Positions 40,635-50,061 of a stretch of 64,000 nt of DNA are shown here, piece after piece; position 1 is the stretch's first letter, and every line of letters begins with the position of its first letter. A model generated the notes under the pieces. That model was not told the origin of the DNA. It did not search any database and saw nothing but the letters and a program-made list of their open reading frames with translations. The translations under genes were made by a program, and so were the position numbers. This stretch comes from Candidatus Versatilivorator sp. (GTDB lineage Bacteria > Acidobacteriota > Terriglobia > Versatilivoradales > Versatilivoraceae), in contig OZ242296.1 in the NCBI GenBank assembly GCA_965207735.1, positions 3,264,001 to 3,328,000 of the forward strand, read 5' to 3'.

Positions 40635-40907
40635 CTACTTCTCCGCCAGCCGGCCGGACAAGTATTTGTGGATCACGCTGGACAAGAGTGTCTGATAAGG
40701 AATCCCTTCTTCCCTGGCCCTGGAGTGGGCAAGGTTGAAGTCGCGCTCGGTAACCCGCAAATTCACTCGCCTGGTCTTGTTGAACGTTTTGCGAGCCGAC
40801 TGTCGGGCCATCTCGATTTCCCGTCCAGCATCAGGAGTGGAACGCAACTCGCCCCGTTCGAATCTATCGAGAATGTCACGTTCTTCGGCACTCATTTTGT
40901 CGTTCAC
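40635..40907 (-). CDS. Antitoxin (BrnA/CopG-like RHH)
   Basis: KTRRVNLRV...AREEGIPYQTLLSSVIHKY; start overlaps the toxin stop codon. Confidence 0.85.
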   Translation of the reverse strand: MNDKMSAEERDILDRFERGELRSTPDAGREIEMARQSARKTFNKTRRVNLRVTERDFNLAHSRAREEGIPYQTLLSSVIHKYLSGRLAEK

Positions 40908-41191
40908 TATCGCTGCCTCCTACGATAATCTCTCGTCGCCTTCCGGCTGGGAATAATCGTCTTCAGAAAGCGAGTGCCGTCGGTTTGGGTCACGAACGGC
41001 ACAAGGTAAATGATCTCGTCGATCTCCACAACGTAGATCAGCTGTCCCGGGTAGCGGTCCTGGTTGGGGTGTTCCAGTACGTCCACCAAGCTGCTCTGCT
41101 CTATGGCGGATAGGACGCTCTCGAATGAGATTCCCCGCTGCCGGATGAGCAGTTGGTTCTTCTCCGCGCTCCATTCGAAGCCGATGCCCAT
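40907..41191 (-). CDS. BrnT-family toxin
   Basis: FEWSAEKN...RGISFE...HPN..RYPGQ...VPFV...FLKTIIPSRKAT. Confidence 0.85.
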   Translation of the reverse strand: MGIGFEWSAEKNQLLIRQRGISFESVLSAIEQSSLVDVLEHPNQDRYPGQLIYVVEIDEIIYLVPFVTQTDGTRFLKTIIPSRKATRDYRRRQR

Positions 41192-41235
41192 GCGTCAATT
41201 ATCTCACAATGTGTGCATTCCGGCAACACGCTCCA

Positions 41236-41325
41236 TCAGCCCACAATCTCGTTCAGCAGCCCCTCCGTCTCCTTCTCCGGCACCAGGATATCGGCCCGGA
41301 TTTCCTGCAGCGTCCGCATCGGCTT
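41236..41325 (-). pseudogene. hsdM: C-terminal remnant of type I restriction-modification M subunit
   Basis: Translates KPMRTLQEIRADILVPEKETEGLLNEIVG*, matching the recalled HsdM C-terminus (P.RTLEEIRADILALEKETEGLL.EI). Confidence 0.7.
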
Positions 41326-41390
41326 AACTGAAACAAAAGAAAAAAGAGTTATCCACGAAGGGACACGAAGAACGACGAAGGGGCACTAAG
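41326..41390 (+). repeat. CACGAAG-type dispersed repeat, the IS1634 insertion site
   Basis: Homologous to 14311-14391 (inverted). Confidence 0.8.
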
Positions 41391-43319
41391 CCGAAGTTCC
41401 TCCCATTTTACACCCAAAAAATCGCCTTAAGCCATTTGTTTTCTTGGGGAAGAGGATTGAGGCGTGTGGAGTGTTGTTCCCATGTATATGATTAGCATTT
41501 ATCTTGACATGATAGTTGTATGTGATATCGTAGTCCCATGTACGTCGAAACCGTCCCCAACCGCAACTCTCCCCCTGCCATCCTCCTGCGCGAAGGCCGC
41601 CGTGAGGGTAAAAAGGTCCATAAACGCACCCTGGCCAATCTCTCCCATTGGCCCAAGGACAAGATCGAGCGCCTCCGGCGCGTGCTCAAGAACGAACCCC
41701 TGGTCCATCCCGACCAACTCTTCGCCATCGAACGCTCCCTGCCTCATGGCCACGTCGAGTTGCTGCTGGAAGTGGTGCGGCAGCTGAAGCTGCCGGCGCT
41801 GATCGATTCCCGACCCTCTCCCCAACGGGACCGGGTCTTGGCCATGATCCTGCAGCGTCTGCTCTATCCGGCCTCCAAGCTGGCCACCACCCGTCTTTGG
41901 CACACCACCACGTTGGGTGAGGAACTGTCCCTTGAGGACACCGACGAGGACGATCTCTATGAGGCCATGGACTGGTTGCTGGAGCGTCAGGACCGGATTG
42001 AGCGCAAGCTGGCCAAGCGGCACCTGGCGGAAGGGGATGCGGTGCTCTATGACGTCAGCAGCAGTTACTACGAAGGCCAGACCTGCTCGCTGATGCAGTT
42101 CGGCCACAACCGGGACGGCAGGCGGGACCGGCCCATGGTGGTCTACGGGGTGCTGGCCGACCAGATGGGGCGGCCGCTGTCGGTGCAGGCCTATGCCGGC
42201 AACACGGGGGATCCGACCACGGTGGGGGATCAGGTGGAGAAGGTGCGGGGTCGGTTTGGTCTGGAGCGGGTGGTGCTGGTGGGGGACCGCGGGCTGCTGA
42301 CCGAGACGCAGATCAGCCATCTGAAGCGTCATCCGGGAGTGGGGTGGGTCTCAGCCCTGCGCCACCACCAGATACGCCGTCTGGTGGAGAGCGAGGCGGT
42401 TCAGCTCTCCCTGTTCGACGAGCGTCATCTGGCCGAAGTCCGCAGCCCGGACTATCCGGGCGAGAGGCTCATCGTCTGCCACAACCCGCTGCTGGCCGAG
42501 CATCGGCGGCGGAAGCGGGAGGCTTTGCTGACAGCCACCGAGGAGGCGCTGGCCGGAATCGCCCGCCAGGTGGCCAGACGGACCCGCACGCCCTTGTCGG
42601 CGACCGAGATCGCCGAGAAAGTCGGCCGGGTCAAGAACCGCTTCCAGGTGGCCAAACACTTCCGGACCCAGATCGCAGACGGGTCCTTCCACTATGAACG
42701 GCGCACCGACGCCATCATCCGGGAGGCGCAACTGGACGGGTTCTACATGCTGAGGACCAGCGAGCCAGCCGATCGCCTGCCAACAGCCGCGGTGGTGCGC
42801 CGCTACAAGGACCTGACGCGGGTGGAGCGGGCCTTCCGCTCCCTCAAGACCGTCGACCTGCACATCCGCCCCATCCGTCATCGGGTGGAGAGCCGGGTGC
42901 GGGCTCATCTGTTCCTGTGCCTGCTGGCCTATTACGTTCAGTGGCATCTGCGGCTGGCCCTGGCTCCGTTGCTGTTCGATGACGAGGAGTTGGAAGCGGA
43001 ACGGGCACGGCGAGACCCGGTGCTGGCGGCCCAGCCGTCGGACTCCGCCAAACGGAAGAAGAGCAAACGCCTCACCGAGGACGGCTTGCCGCTGCAGAGC
43101 CTGGAGACGTTGATGGCGCAGATGGCGACGCGGGCCCGCCACCAGTGCCGATTGCCCTCCGAACCCGATGGTCCGCGAGTCCAGCGATTGACCGAGCCGA
43201 CCCCGCTACAGCAAAGGGCCTTCGAGCTCATCAGGATGTTCCCAGGCAAGACAACCTGAGATTCCTGATTGATGATTGAAGATAAAGGAGTTATCTTGTC
43301 GGTGGGTCAGGAACTTCGG
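41391..43319 (+). mobile_element. IS1634-family insertion sequence
   Basis: TIRs CCGAAGTTCCT / AGGAACTTCGG; 6-bp direct repeat ACTAAG at 41385-41390 and 43320-43325. Confidence 0.92.
41538..43259 (+). CDS. IS1634-family DDE transposase
   Basis: LYDVSSSYYEG, FGHNRDG, VGDRG, YKDL..VERAFRSLK, RAHLFLCLLAYYV; intact 573-aa ORF. Confidence 0.93.
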   Translation: MYVETVPNRNSPPAILLREGRREGKKVHKRTLANLSHWPKDKIERLRRVLKNEPLVHPDQLFAIERSLPHGHVELLLEVVRQLKLPALIDSRPSPQRDRVLAMILQRLLYPASKLATTRLWHTTTLGEELSLEDTDEDDLYEAMDWLLERQDRIERKLAKRHLAEGDAVLYDVSSSYYEGQTCSLMQFGHNRDGRRDRPMVVYGVLADQMGRPLSVQAYAGNTGDPTTVGDQVEKVRGRFGLERVVLVGDRGLLTETQISHLKRHPGVGWVSALRHHQIRRLVESEAVQLSLFDERHLAEVRSPDYPGERLIVCHNPLLAEHRRRKREALLTATEEALAGIARQVARRTRTPLSATEIAEKVGRVKNRFQVAKHFRTQIADGSFHYERRTDAIIREAQLDGFYMLRTSEPADRLPTAAVVRRYKDLTRVERAFRSLKTVDLHIRPIRHRVESRVRAHLFLCLLAYYVQWHLRLALAPLLFDDEELEAERARRDPVLAAQPSDSAKRKKSKRLTEDGLPLQSLETLMAQMATRARHQCRLPSEPDGPRVQRLTEPTPLQQRAFELIRMFPGKTT

Positions 43320-43454
43320 ACTAAGGCATTGAGGTGAACCGTGACGGGACACCACGCTCGCGAAGGAATGGTCGATTTCTGATTGTTTCACTCTCGTATG
43401 ATCCACCCGGCAAGGCGGGGCCGGACTTGTCTTAGAATATGCTGCTTTAGCCGG

Positions 43455-43565
43455 CTTCCTCGAGAGCGGCGAAGCCGCGGCAGCACTTAGCCGTGGGCGT
43501 CAGCCCATGGGAAATATCGCCTATGGGTGTCGAGCCGCGTAGGCGGCGGCAGCAAATGCCGGTGA
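43455..43565. repeat. REP-like palindromic doublet
   Basis: GAGCGGCGAAGCCGCGGCAGCA and GAGCCGCGTAGGCGGCGGCAGCA hairpin units flanking CCGTGGGCGTCAGCCCATGG. Confidence 0.55.
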
Positions 43566-43637
43566 GCCCAAGTGAAGCACAAGCCGACGCAAGGATGAGC
43601 CTTTTGCAAAATTCGGCAGCGTGACCTTTGCCGGGGA

Positions 43638-43835
43638 TGGCCACAAAAGGCACAAGAACACAAAAAGAGCAGAACGCTGAAAGCCTGCAAGACGTTGACT
43701 CCCGAACCCGGTCGCACAAGTTCCGCGCTATCTGCCTACATCCGGTCAACGCGTCGCCATGGGGATCAACTTCGGATTGCCAAGACTCGAATTCACGAAA
43801 TTCGTTTTGTGACTTTTGTGCTATTTGTGGTGAAC
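43638..43835. repeat. CACAAAA-type inverted repeat element; related copy at 56870-56972
   Basis: GGCCACAAAAGGCACAAGAACACAAAAAG ... TTTTGTGACTTTTGTGCTATTTGTGGTGAA; both arms match 56870-56972 inverted. Confidence 0.7.
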
Positions 43836-44004
43836 TCCCTTTTCCACCAGGTCGTACCCGACTATTGAAATAGGCAGAACATCACGGTGGCCGGCAAAAT
43901 GACCTGTCCCACTGCCGATATTGCAAGAGGCTCTCTCGCATGATCTGCACGCCAGGGCTGCGGCCCGGCAACCCGACACGCTCTCTTGAGGAGCAAGAGT
44001 GAAT

Positions 44005-44298
44005 GGGAGAACGCCCACCCGGGAGCGCGGGCGTCTCGCCCGCACAGGACTTGGCACCATTGTAACGATCCCCACAATGGCGGGTTTGGTGCACTGTGCG
44101 AGGAAGTGGCGCTGAATCGCAGGCTGCTTGCACGAATAAGGTTGCGGGCGGGACGCCCGCGCTCCCGGGTGGGCTTCCTCCCATGACGTCGGGATTTCAA
44201 GGTCACGGTCTCGCAGAAGCATTCGGGCGCCGTTGGTCATCGAAGCAGGTCCATCCCTATTGGTGTTCATTCGCGTCCATTGGTGGTTCGTCTTCAAT
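44005..44298. repeat. REP doublet (inverted CCCGGGAGCGCGGGCGTC-CGCCCGC units) with flank homologous to 14060-14216
   Basis: Inverted units at about 44015-44043 and 44144-44173. Confidence 0.78.
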
Positions 44299-44353
44299 AA
44301 TGATCGGCAGTTTCTTCCTCGAATGATCCGCCCCGTCGTGGGGGGCAGGGGCC

Positions 44354-44443
44354 CCACTTGCCTCTGACGTAGAAGTTGCGCAGGACATCCTCGGCGATGC
44401 CCCGGATGCAGCCGGCAATTCAGTGCAGGTCGTGGTTGCTCAC
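44354..44443 (-). pseudogene. hsdM: N-terminal remnant of type I R-M M subunit
   Basis: GTG start; reads MSNHDLH*IAGCIRGIAEDVLRNFYVRGK, a decayed version of the recalled W..NFIWGIADDVLRD.YVRGKY. Confidence 0.7.
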
Positions 44444-44493
44444 GGCAAATGGGTGGACCGGGCGTTCACATGGTCCGCTCCGCGTCCCACACC

Positions 44494-45351
44494 TCACCCT
44501 CCAAAAACCTCCTCCAGCGCCGCGCGCATGACCGAACTGTCGGGGTCTTGGCCGGTCCAGTAGCGGAAGCTGATGACGCCCTGGTTGACCAGCATGCCGA
44601 GGCCGTCCAGAACGGTGCAGCCTCGGGCGGCGGCGTCCTGCAGCAGGCGGGTTTGAGGGGGGTTGGCGATGACGTCGGCCACCACCATTCCCGGGGTGAG
44701 GGTGTCGGTGCGGAGGGGGACTCGGGCGCCGGCGTCGGGGTGCATGCCGATGGAGGTGGCGTTGATGAGGATCTCGGTTTCTTCCGACACGGCGTGGTCT
44801 CCCTCCCAGGGAAGGAAGCGGGCCTCCACCTCGGTTCGGGTCTGAAGCAGCTCTACCAGTTGCCGTCCCCGCTGGGGGCTGCGATTGACAATGGCGATGC
44901 GGGAGGCTCCGGCCAGGGCGGTCTCCACGGCGATGGCCCGGGCGGCCCCGCCCGCACCCAGGATCGTCACCCGCTTGCCCGCCGGGTCGGTCACTTCCCC
45001 CAGCGACTGCAGGAACCCCTTGCCGTCGGTGTTCTCGCCCACCAGTTCCTCGCCGTCCACCACCACGCAGTTGACGGCCTCCATGACACCCGCGGATTGG
45101 CCCAGGCGGTCCAGGTGGGGGATGACGGTGACCTTGCAGGGCATGGTGCAGTTGCCGCCGCGGAAGCCCAGCACCCGCACCGCCCGCACGGCCTCGGCCA
45201 GCCGCTCGTTGCCCAGCTCGAAGTTGACGTAGCGCCAGTTCAGACCGTGATGGCGAAAGGCCTTCTCCAGCATGTGCTGGGTGGGATTGTCGGCCAGGTG
45301 GTGGCCGAAGCAGAACACCAGCTCCTGTTTGAAGTTCCACTGCCGGGCCAT
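44494..45351 (-). CDS. aroE: Shikimate dehydrogenase
   Basis: NCTMPCK, AVNC, NTDG.GF, LGAGGAARA, INATSIGM, DGLGMLVNQG. Confidence 0.9.
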   Translation of the reverse strand: MARQWNFKQELVFCFGHHLADNPTQHMLEKAFRHHGLNWRYVNFELGNERLAEAVRAVRVLGFRGGNCTMPCKVTVIPHLDRLGQSAGVMEAVNCVVVDGEELVGENTDGKGFLQSLGEVTDPAGKRVTILGAGGAARAIAVETALAGASRIAIVNRSPQRGRQLVELLQTRTEVEARFLPWEGDHAVSEETEILINATSIGMHPDAGARVPLRTDTLTPGMVVADVIANPPQTRLLQDAAARGCTVLDGLGMLVNQGVISFRYWTGQDPDSSVMRAALEEVFGG

Positions 45352-45535
45352 GGGCTCCTCCGCTTGCGGAAACATGGGATCGGGATTGGCCAGGCATTCT
45401 AATGGGGAAGCCGAACCCCGTCAATTTAGGCTTGACCTTCCGGCAGGGATGGCGATTAACTCTAGGGGCTCCGATTTTCCAAGCGTTTCCAACCGTGGAC
45501 GGGATTGGACGACTGAAGTCCAAGGAGGTTCCGGA

Positions 45536-46513
45536 ATGTTTGTCTGCCGGTGGAAGGTTGCAACCCTGGCGGTGCTGGTTCTGCTGGCGGGATGCCGTGC
45601 AGAGGACGGCGGCAAGACTTCAGGCGACAAGGCTCCTTCCCGGGGCACCATCGGCCTGTCGGTGATGACCCTGACCAACCCCTTCTTCAAGGTGATTGCC
45701 GACACGCTCACCGATGAAGCCCGTAAGTACGGCTACGAGGTGGTGGTGACCAGCGGCGAGTTCGACGTGGCCCGCCAGCGCAACCAGGTCAAGGACTTCA
45801 TCGTGCGCAAGGTCAGCGCCATCGTGCTGTGCCCCACCGACTCCAAGGCCATCGGAACCGCCATCCAGGAGGCCAACCAGGCCGGGATTCCCGTCTTCAC
45901 CGCCGATCTGGCCTGCCTGGCCCCGGGAGCCAAGGTGGTCTCCCACATCGCCACCGACAACTACGCCGGTGGCAAGGAAGCCGGCAGGGCCATGATCGAG
46001 GTTCTGGGTGAAGCCGGGGGCAAGATCGTGGTGCTCCACTATGAGCAGGCGGAGTCCTGCTTGCTGCGGGTCAAGGGATTTACCGAGATCATCGACGAAT
46101 ACAATCGCGACCGCCGGGCGGGCGCAATCGACATCGTGGCCGTGCTGCCGGGTGGAGGCGCCAAGGACGCCGGCTACAAGGCCGCCGAGGACGCCATCCA
46201 GGCCCATCCCGACCTGGCCGGGATCTTCGCCATCAACGACCCCTCGGCGCTGGGAGCCCGGGCTGCCCTGGAGAAGGCCGGCAAGGCCGACCAGGTCAGG
46301 ATCATAGGCTTTGACGGCCAACCCGAAGGCAAGCAGGCGATCAAGGACGGGCTGATCTACGCCGACCCCGTCCAGTTTCCCGACCGCATCGGCCGGCAGA
46401 CCATGCAAACCATCGCCAAGCACTTCGAGGGAGAGGAAGTGCCCGCGGAGATCCTGATCCCCACCGCCCTTTACCGCAAGGCCGATGCCGAAAAGGATCC
46501 GACCCTTCAATAG
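45536..46513 (+). CDS. Sugar ABC transporter substrate-binding lipoprotein (RbsB-like)
   Basis: Lipobox LAGC; TLTNPFF, ATDNYAGG, AINDPSA, IGFDG; RBS AAGGAGG. Confidence 0.9.
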   Translation: MFVCRWKVATLAVLVLLAGCRAEDGGKTSGDKAPSRGTIGLSVMTLTNPFFKVIADTLTDEARKYGYEVVVTSGEFDVARQRNQVKDFIVRKVSAIVLCPTDSKAIGTAIQEANQAGIPVFTADLACLAPGAKVVSHIATDNYAGGKEAGRAMIEVLGEAGGKIVVLHYEQAESCLLRVKGFTEIIDEYNRDRRAGAIDIVAVLPGGGAKDAGYKAAEDAIQAHPDLAGIFAINDPSALGARAALEKAGKADQVRIIGFDGQPEGKQAIKDGLIYADPVQFPDRIGRQTMQTIAKHFEGEEVPAEILIPTALYRKADAEKDPTLQ

Positions 46514-46567
46514 CCCCGGAACCTGACGCTCCGCGGGGTCCCGGTCGGCCTGCCCCCCGAACCTCCC

Positions 46568-46601
46568 GGCAGCGGCATCCCCGGATGCGGACGCCGCTGC
46601 C
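46568..46601. terminator. GC-rich hairpin downstream of the SBP gene
   Basis: GGCAGCGGC...GCCGCTGCC stem; no U-tract, so it may be a REP or stability hairpin rather than a terminator. Confidence 0.4.
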
Positions 46602-46852
46602 CTGGCCCGCATTTCTCACCAGGGGGCATGATCATGGCGCAGGATTTTACCCTTCAGCGCGTGCTCGCGACCGAAGAGCGTAGCGGTCACTACGCGCGAG
46701 GGAGCATGTGCGGGCTGAAGGGAAAAAGACAAGCCAGGGCATGCCCAGCGCAGTCTGTTGCCCGCAAGCCCTTACCATGGAGCCAATCAAAGTACTGAAG
46801 ATGAACTACTTTTCGTCATGGTACCAGCGACCTGGTGAGAAATGCGGGCTAG
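46602..46852. mobile_element. 251-bp MITE (copy 2, intron-free)
   Basis: TIRs GCCCGCATTTCTCACCAGG / CCTGGTGAGAAATGCGGGC, CTGG/CTAG ends, no credible coding capacity; inverted near-identical copy of 37190-37423 plus 38293-38309. Confidence 0.92.
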
Positions 46853-46904
46853 AGAGAACCTTGGGCTTTTCCCCGCCTGAGACCCGTTGCCGCAAGTGAA
46901 CCCC

Positions 46905-48272
46905 ATGGGCCATTTCCGCTTTCATCGGCTGTTGTCCCGACTTCTCTCCGACTACGGCATGGTGCTGGTCCTGGTGTTGCTGGGGGCCTGCTTCAGCTAC
47001 GTCACCTGGGACGAGCAGCACCCCACCGGAGTCGAGGCCGCCGAGCAGTTGACCGACCGCATCACCGGGAAATTTTCCCCGGGCGCGGCCGTCCTGGTGG
47101 TGGCCCGGGAGCACGGCGAGGATGCGATCTTCGCCGACTCCCTGCAGCGCCGGTTGAGCGGCGCCGGAATGAAGGTGCTGGGAACCGTCAAGGGCCAGCC
47201 CTCCGACGCCCGGGAACGCCTGGAGGGGCTGTCCCGGTCGGGGGCGTCCCTGAACATCATCGCCTGCACCGACGTGACCGGCCGCTGGGCCGTCTTCGAC
47301 AGGCTGGGTGAAAAGTTTCCCGGACTGGCCGGAGCCAGGGTCCTGACGCCCCCGAGCTACCGCTGGCCCAACTTCCTCAAGCGCGACAACCTGCTGAACG
47401 TGGCCAACCAGATCGCGGTCATCGCCATTCTGGCAGTGGGGATGACCATGGTCATCATCACGGCGGGCATCGACCTTTCGGTAGGCAGCCTGATCGCCTT
47501 CTCGGCGGTGGTGTGCACCTGGTTGATCCGCGAGGCGGCCTCGGCCGAAGCCGCCGGCCCGCTCGACATGGTGCTCTGCAGCCTGGGAGCCATCCTGCTG
47601 TGCGGCCTGCTGGGGGCCTTCTCCGGGGTCATGGTCACCTGGTTCGCCATCCCTCCCTTTATCGCCACCCTGGGCATGATGCTGGTGGCCAGCGGGCTGG
47701 CCTACATCCTGGCCGAGGGACAGTCGGTCTACCAGGTCCCCGACTCCTTCGTCTGGCTGGGCCGCGGGGCCGATGTGCTGAGGATACCCAATGCGGTGGT
47801 GCTGATGCTGGCGCTATACTTGTCGGCACACCTGTTGATGACGCGAACCGCGCTGGGACGATACATCTACGCAGTGGGCGGCAACCGCGAGGCCGCCCGG
47901 CTCTCGGGAGTCCCGGTCACGGCGGTGCTGATTTTCGTCTACACCCTGTGCGCGGCTCTGGCCGGACTGGGCGGAGTAGTCATGGCCTCCCAACTGAAGA
48001 GCGGCTCTCCAACCTACGGGCTGATGTACGAGCTCTACACCATCGCGGCGGTAGTGGTGGGCGGGGCCAGCCTGGCGGGCGGCGAAGGCAGGATCTTCGG
48101 GACCCTCATCGGGGCTTTCATCATCGCGGTGATCCAGAACGGCATGAACCTGACCGGGGTGGAAAGCTACACCCAGAAGGTGGTGCTGGGAGCGGTAATC
48201 CTGGGTGCCGTGCTGCTCGACATCGCCAAGAAGCGCGGTTGGGGCAGGCTGCAAAGGGCCAAGCCGGCTTGA
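46905..48272 (+). CDS. Sugar ABC permease (RbsC-like) with N-terminal extracytoplasmic insertion
   Basis: GIDLSVGS, PPFIATLGM, GRYIYAVGGNREAARLSGV, IAAVVVGGASL. Confidence 0.9.
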   Translation: MGHFRFHRLLSRLLSDYGMVLVLVLLGACFSYVTWDEQHPTGVEAAEQLTDRITGKFSPGAAVLVVAREHGEDAIFADSLQRRLSGAGMKVLGTVKGQPSDARERLEGLSRSGASLNIIACTDVTGRWAVFDRLGEKFPGLAGARVLTPPSYRWPNFLKRDNLLNVANQIAVIAILAVGMTMVIITAGIDLSVGSLIAFSAVVCTWLIREAASAEAAGPLDMVLCSLGAILLCGLLGAFSGVMVTWFAIPPFIATLGMMLVASGLAYILAEGQSVYQVPDSFVWLGRGADVLRIPNAVVLMLALYLSAHLLMTRTALGRYIYAVGGNREAARLSGVPVTAVLIFVYTLCAALAGLGGVVMASQLKSGSPTYGLMYELYTIAAVVVGGASLAGGEGRIFGTLIGAFIIAVIQNGMNLTGVESYTQKVVLGAVILGAVLLDIAKKRGWGRLQRAKPA

Positions 48273-48384
48273 AACGGCGTTGATGATAACTGGAGATTCA
48301 GTGACAGGTAATTCTTGACGGACATATCTACAGTAAGGACGAGGAGTCTTTGAAGGTAATGAGAACAAAGGAGGAGTTTCGAAC

Positions 48385-50061
48385 ATGAACAACAAGCCAC
48401 TGGGCAGGGCAGCCATCGCCGGACTATTCCTGAGTGGGCTACTACTGGCCCTGACGGCCCCGGCCGCGGCCGGGGAAGGAGACGGCCAGAAGGAAGTGAT
48501 CTTCTATTCCGACGGACGCCATTCCAGCGTCTACCTCTATGAGCCCCCCATGAGTGTTCGCCAGTACGTGGAACCCATCGACGAACTGCTGGACCTGGGC
48601 ATCGATACCATCACCTACGCCGTGGGCGACTGCAGCGTGCTCCTCTACGACACCAAGGTGGGGGAACGCTGGGGGCACAACCTGGACCTGGTCAACCACA
48701 TCGTGTGGTACCGGGCCGGCCAGAACGCCCATTCGCTGATCCAGCGGGGGATGGACCCCCTGGACGTGGTCACCAGGCACGCCCAGCGCCGGGGATTCAA
48801 GTTTCTTCCCAACATACTGCTCAACATGCTGCACACACCGCCCAACCAAGTCACCAACAGCCGCGTGGCCGACTTCACCACCCGGCATCCCGAGTGGCAG
48901 GTGGGGCCCGAGCCCGACTACCCGGCGGCGGTGCACGACCAGCCCCACCGGCTCTCCTACGCCCGGCCGGAGATTCGGGCCGACCGCCTGGCGGTAATCA
49001 AGGAGCTGGTGAGCCGATACCCCACCGACGGCATCGAGATCAATTTCGATGACTACTCTCCCTTTATCGCCCGGCGGGAGGTCGCCGAGCACACCGAGAC
49101 CATGACCGGCTGGCTGCGTGAGATTCGCCAGGCTTGCGACCTGGCGGCCAAGGAGCAGGGCAGGGCCAAGCGCCTGGTGATTCGCATCGCCGGCTCCCTG
49201 GAAGGCAACCGCTCCCTGGGAATGGACCTGGAAACCTGGATCCGGGAAGAACTGGTGGACTCGGTGATCGCCATGCCGGTGACCCACGGATACGAAGCCG
49301 GAGCCTCCGAGCTGCGAAAGGTGGTCGAGGCCACCAAGGGCACCCGGGTCAAGGTGCTTGCCGGGATCAACGACGCCAGCAAGCCCCAGGATACCCGCGA
49401 GGTCTTTGCCGCGGCGGCGGCCAACGCCTACGCGGCCGGAGCGGAAGGCCTGCTCTTCCACACCTACTACCCCGGCCCCGACCGCTATCCCTACGACGAC
49501 TCGGCCATGGAATCCATGCGCTTCATGGGCTATCCGGACGTGCTGGCCCACAGGGACAAGCGCTTCCGGATCGGCAGCAATCCCAAGCCGGATACTCCCC
49601 CCAAGTACGGGGTGCCCTGGCAGCTCCCCCTGGAGCTGGTCCCCGGAGAAAAGGGGAAGGAGATCCACCTGGAGGTGGCCGACGACCTGGCGGCCAAGGC
49701 AAGCGAGGGCGAGCTGTGGCGCTGCGAGCTGCAGGTCATGGTGCAGCACATGATGCATACCGACAAGGTCAAGCTGTGGTGGAACGGGAAGGAGATCCCT
49801 GAAGCCAAGTGGCGGAAGGCCGACTGGACCTATCAGATGAGGCCGCGGCCCCAGAGATACCGGGGATACCGGCTGCACGTGGACCTGCGCGGCGAGGACC
49901 TCCCCAAGAGGGGCCGCAACACCATCCGGGTCGACGTCCTCGAGAAGGACAGCAAGCTGGTCTTACCCATTGCGATCAGCGACGTGGAGCTGGTGGTGGA
50001 ATACCTGCCCGGCCGCAACGGACTGCGTCCGGGAGAAGGCGGGCCCGGACAAAAGCAATAG
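48385..50061 (+). CDS. Secreted GHL10-like TIM-barrel protein
   Basis: Signal peptide; YSDGRH..YLYEPP, DPLDVV, YPTDGIEINF, MDLETWIREELVD; paralog of 60579-62300. Confidence 0.72.
   Translation: MNNKPLGRAAIAGLFLSGLLLALTAPAAAGEGDGQKEVIFYSDGRHSSVYLYEPPMSVRQYVEPIDELLDLGIDTITYAVGDCSVLLYDTKVGERWGHNLDLVNHIVWYRAGQNAHSLIQRGMDPLDVVTRHAQRRGFKFLPNILLNMLHTPPNQVTNSRVADFTTRHPEWQVGPEPDYPAAVHDQPHRLSYARPEIRADRLAVIKELVSRYPTDGIEINFDDYSPFIARREVAEHTETMTGWLREIRQACDLAAKEQGRAKRLVIRIAGSLEGNRSLGMDLETWIREELVDSVIAMPVTHGYEAGASELRKVVEATKGTRVKVLAGINDASKPQDTREVFAAAAANAYAAGAEGLLFHTYYPGPDRYPYDDSAMESMRFMGYPDVLAHRDKRFRIGSNPKPDTPPKYGVPWQLPLELVPGEKGKEIHLEVADDLAAKASEGELWRCELQVMVQHMMHTDKVKLWWNGKEIPEAKWRKADWTYQMRPRPQRYRGYRLHVDLRGEDLPKRGRNTIRVDVLEKDSKLVLPIAISDVELVVEYLPGRNGLRPGEGGPGQKQ

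Noticed and set aside
43638-43835. CACAAAA and CACGAAG short repeats as a possible CRISPR array
   Set aside because: No constant 25-40 bp repeat with unique spacers and no cas genes; these are dispersed inverted repeats.
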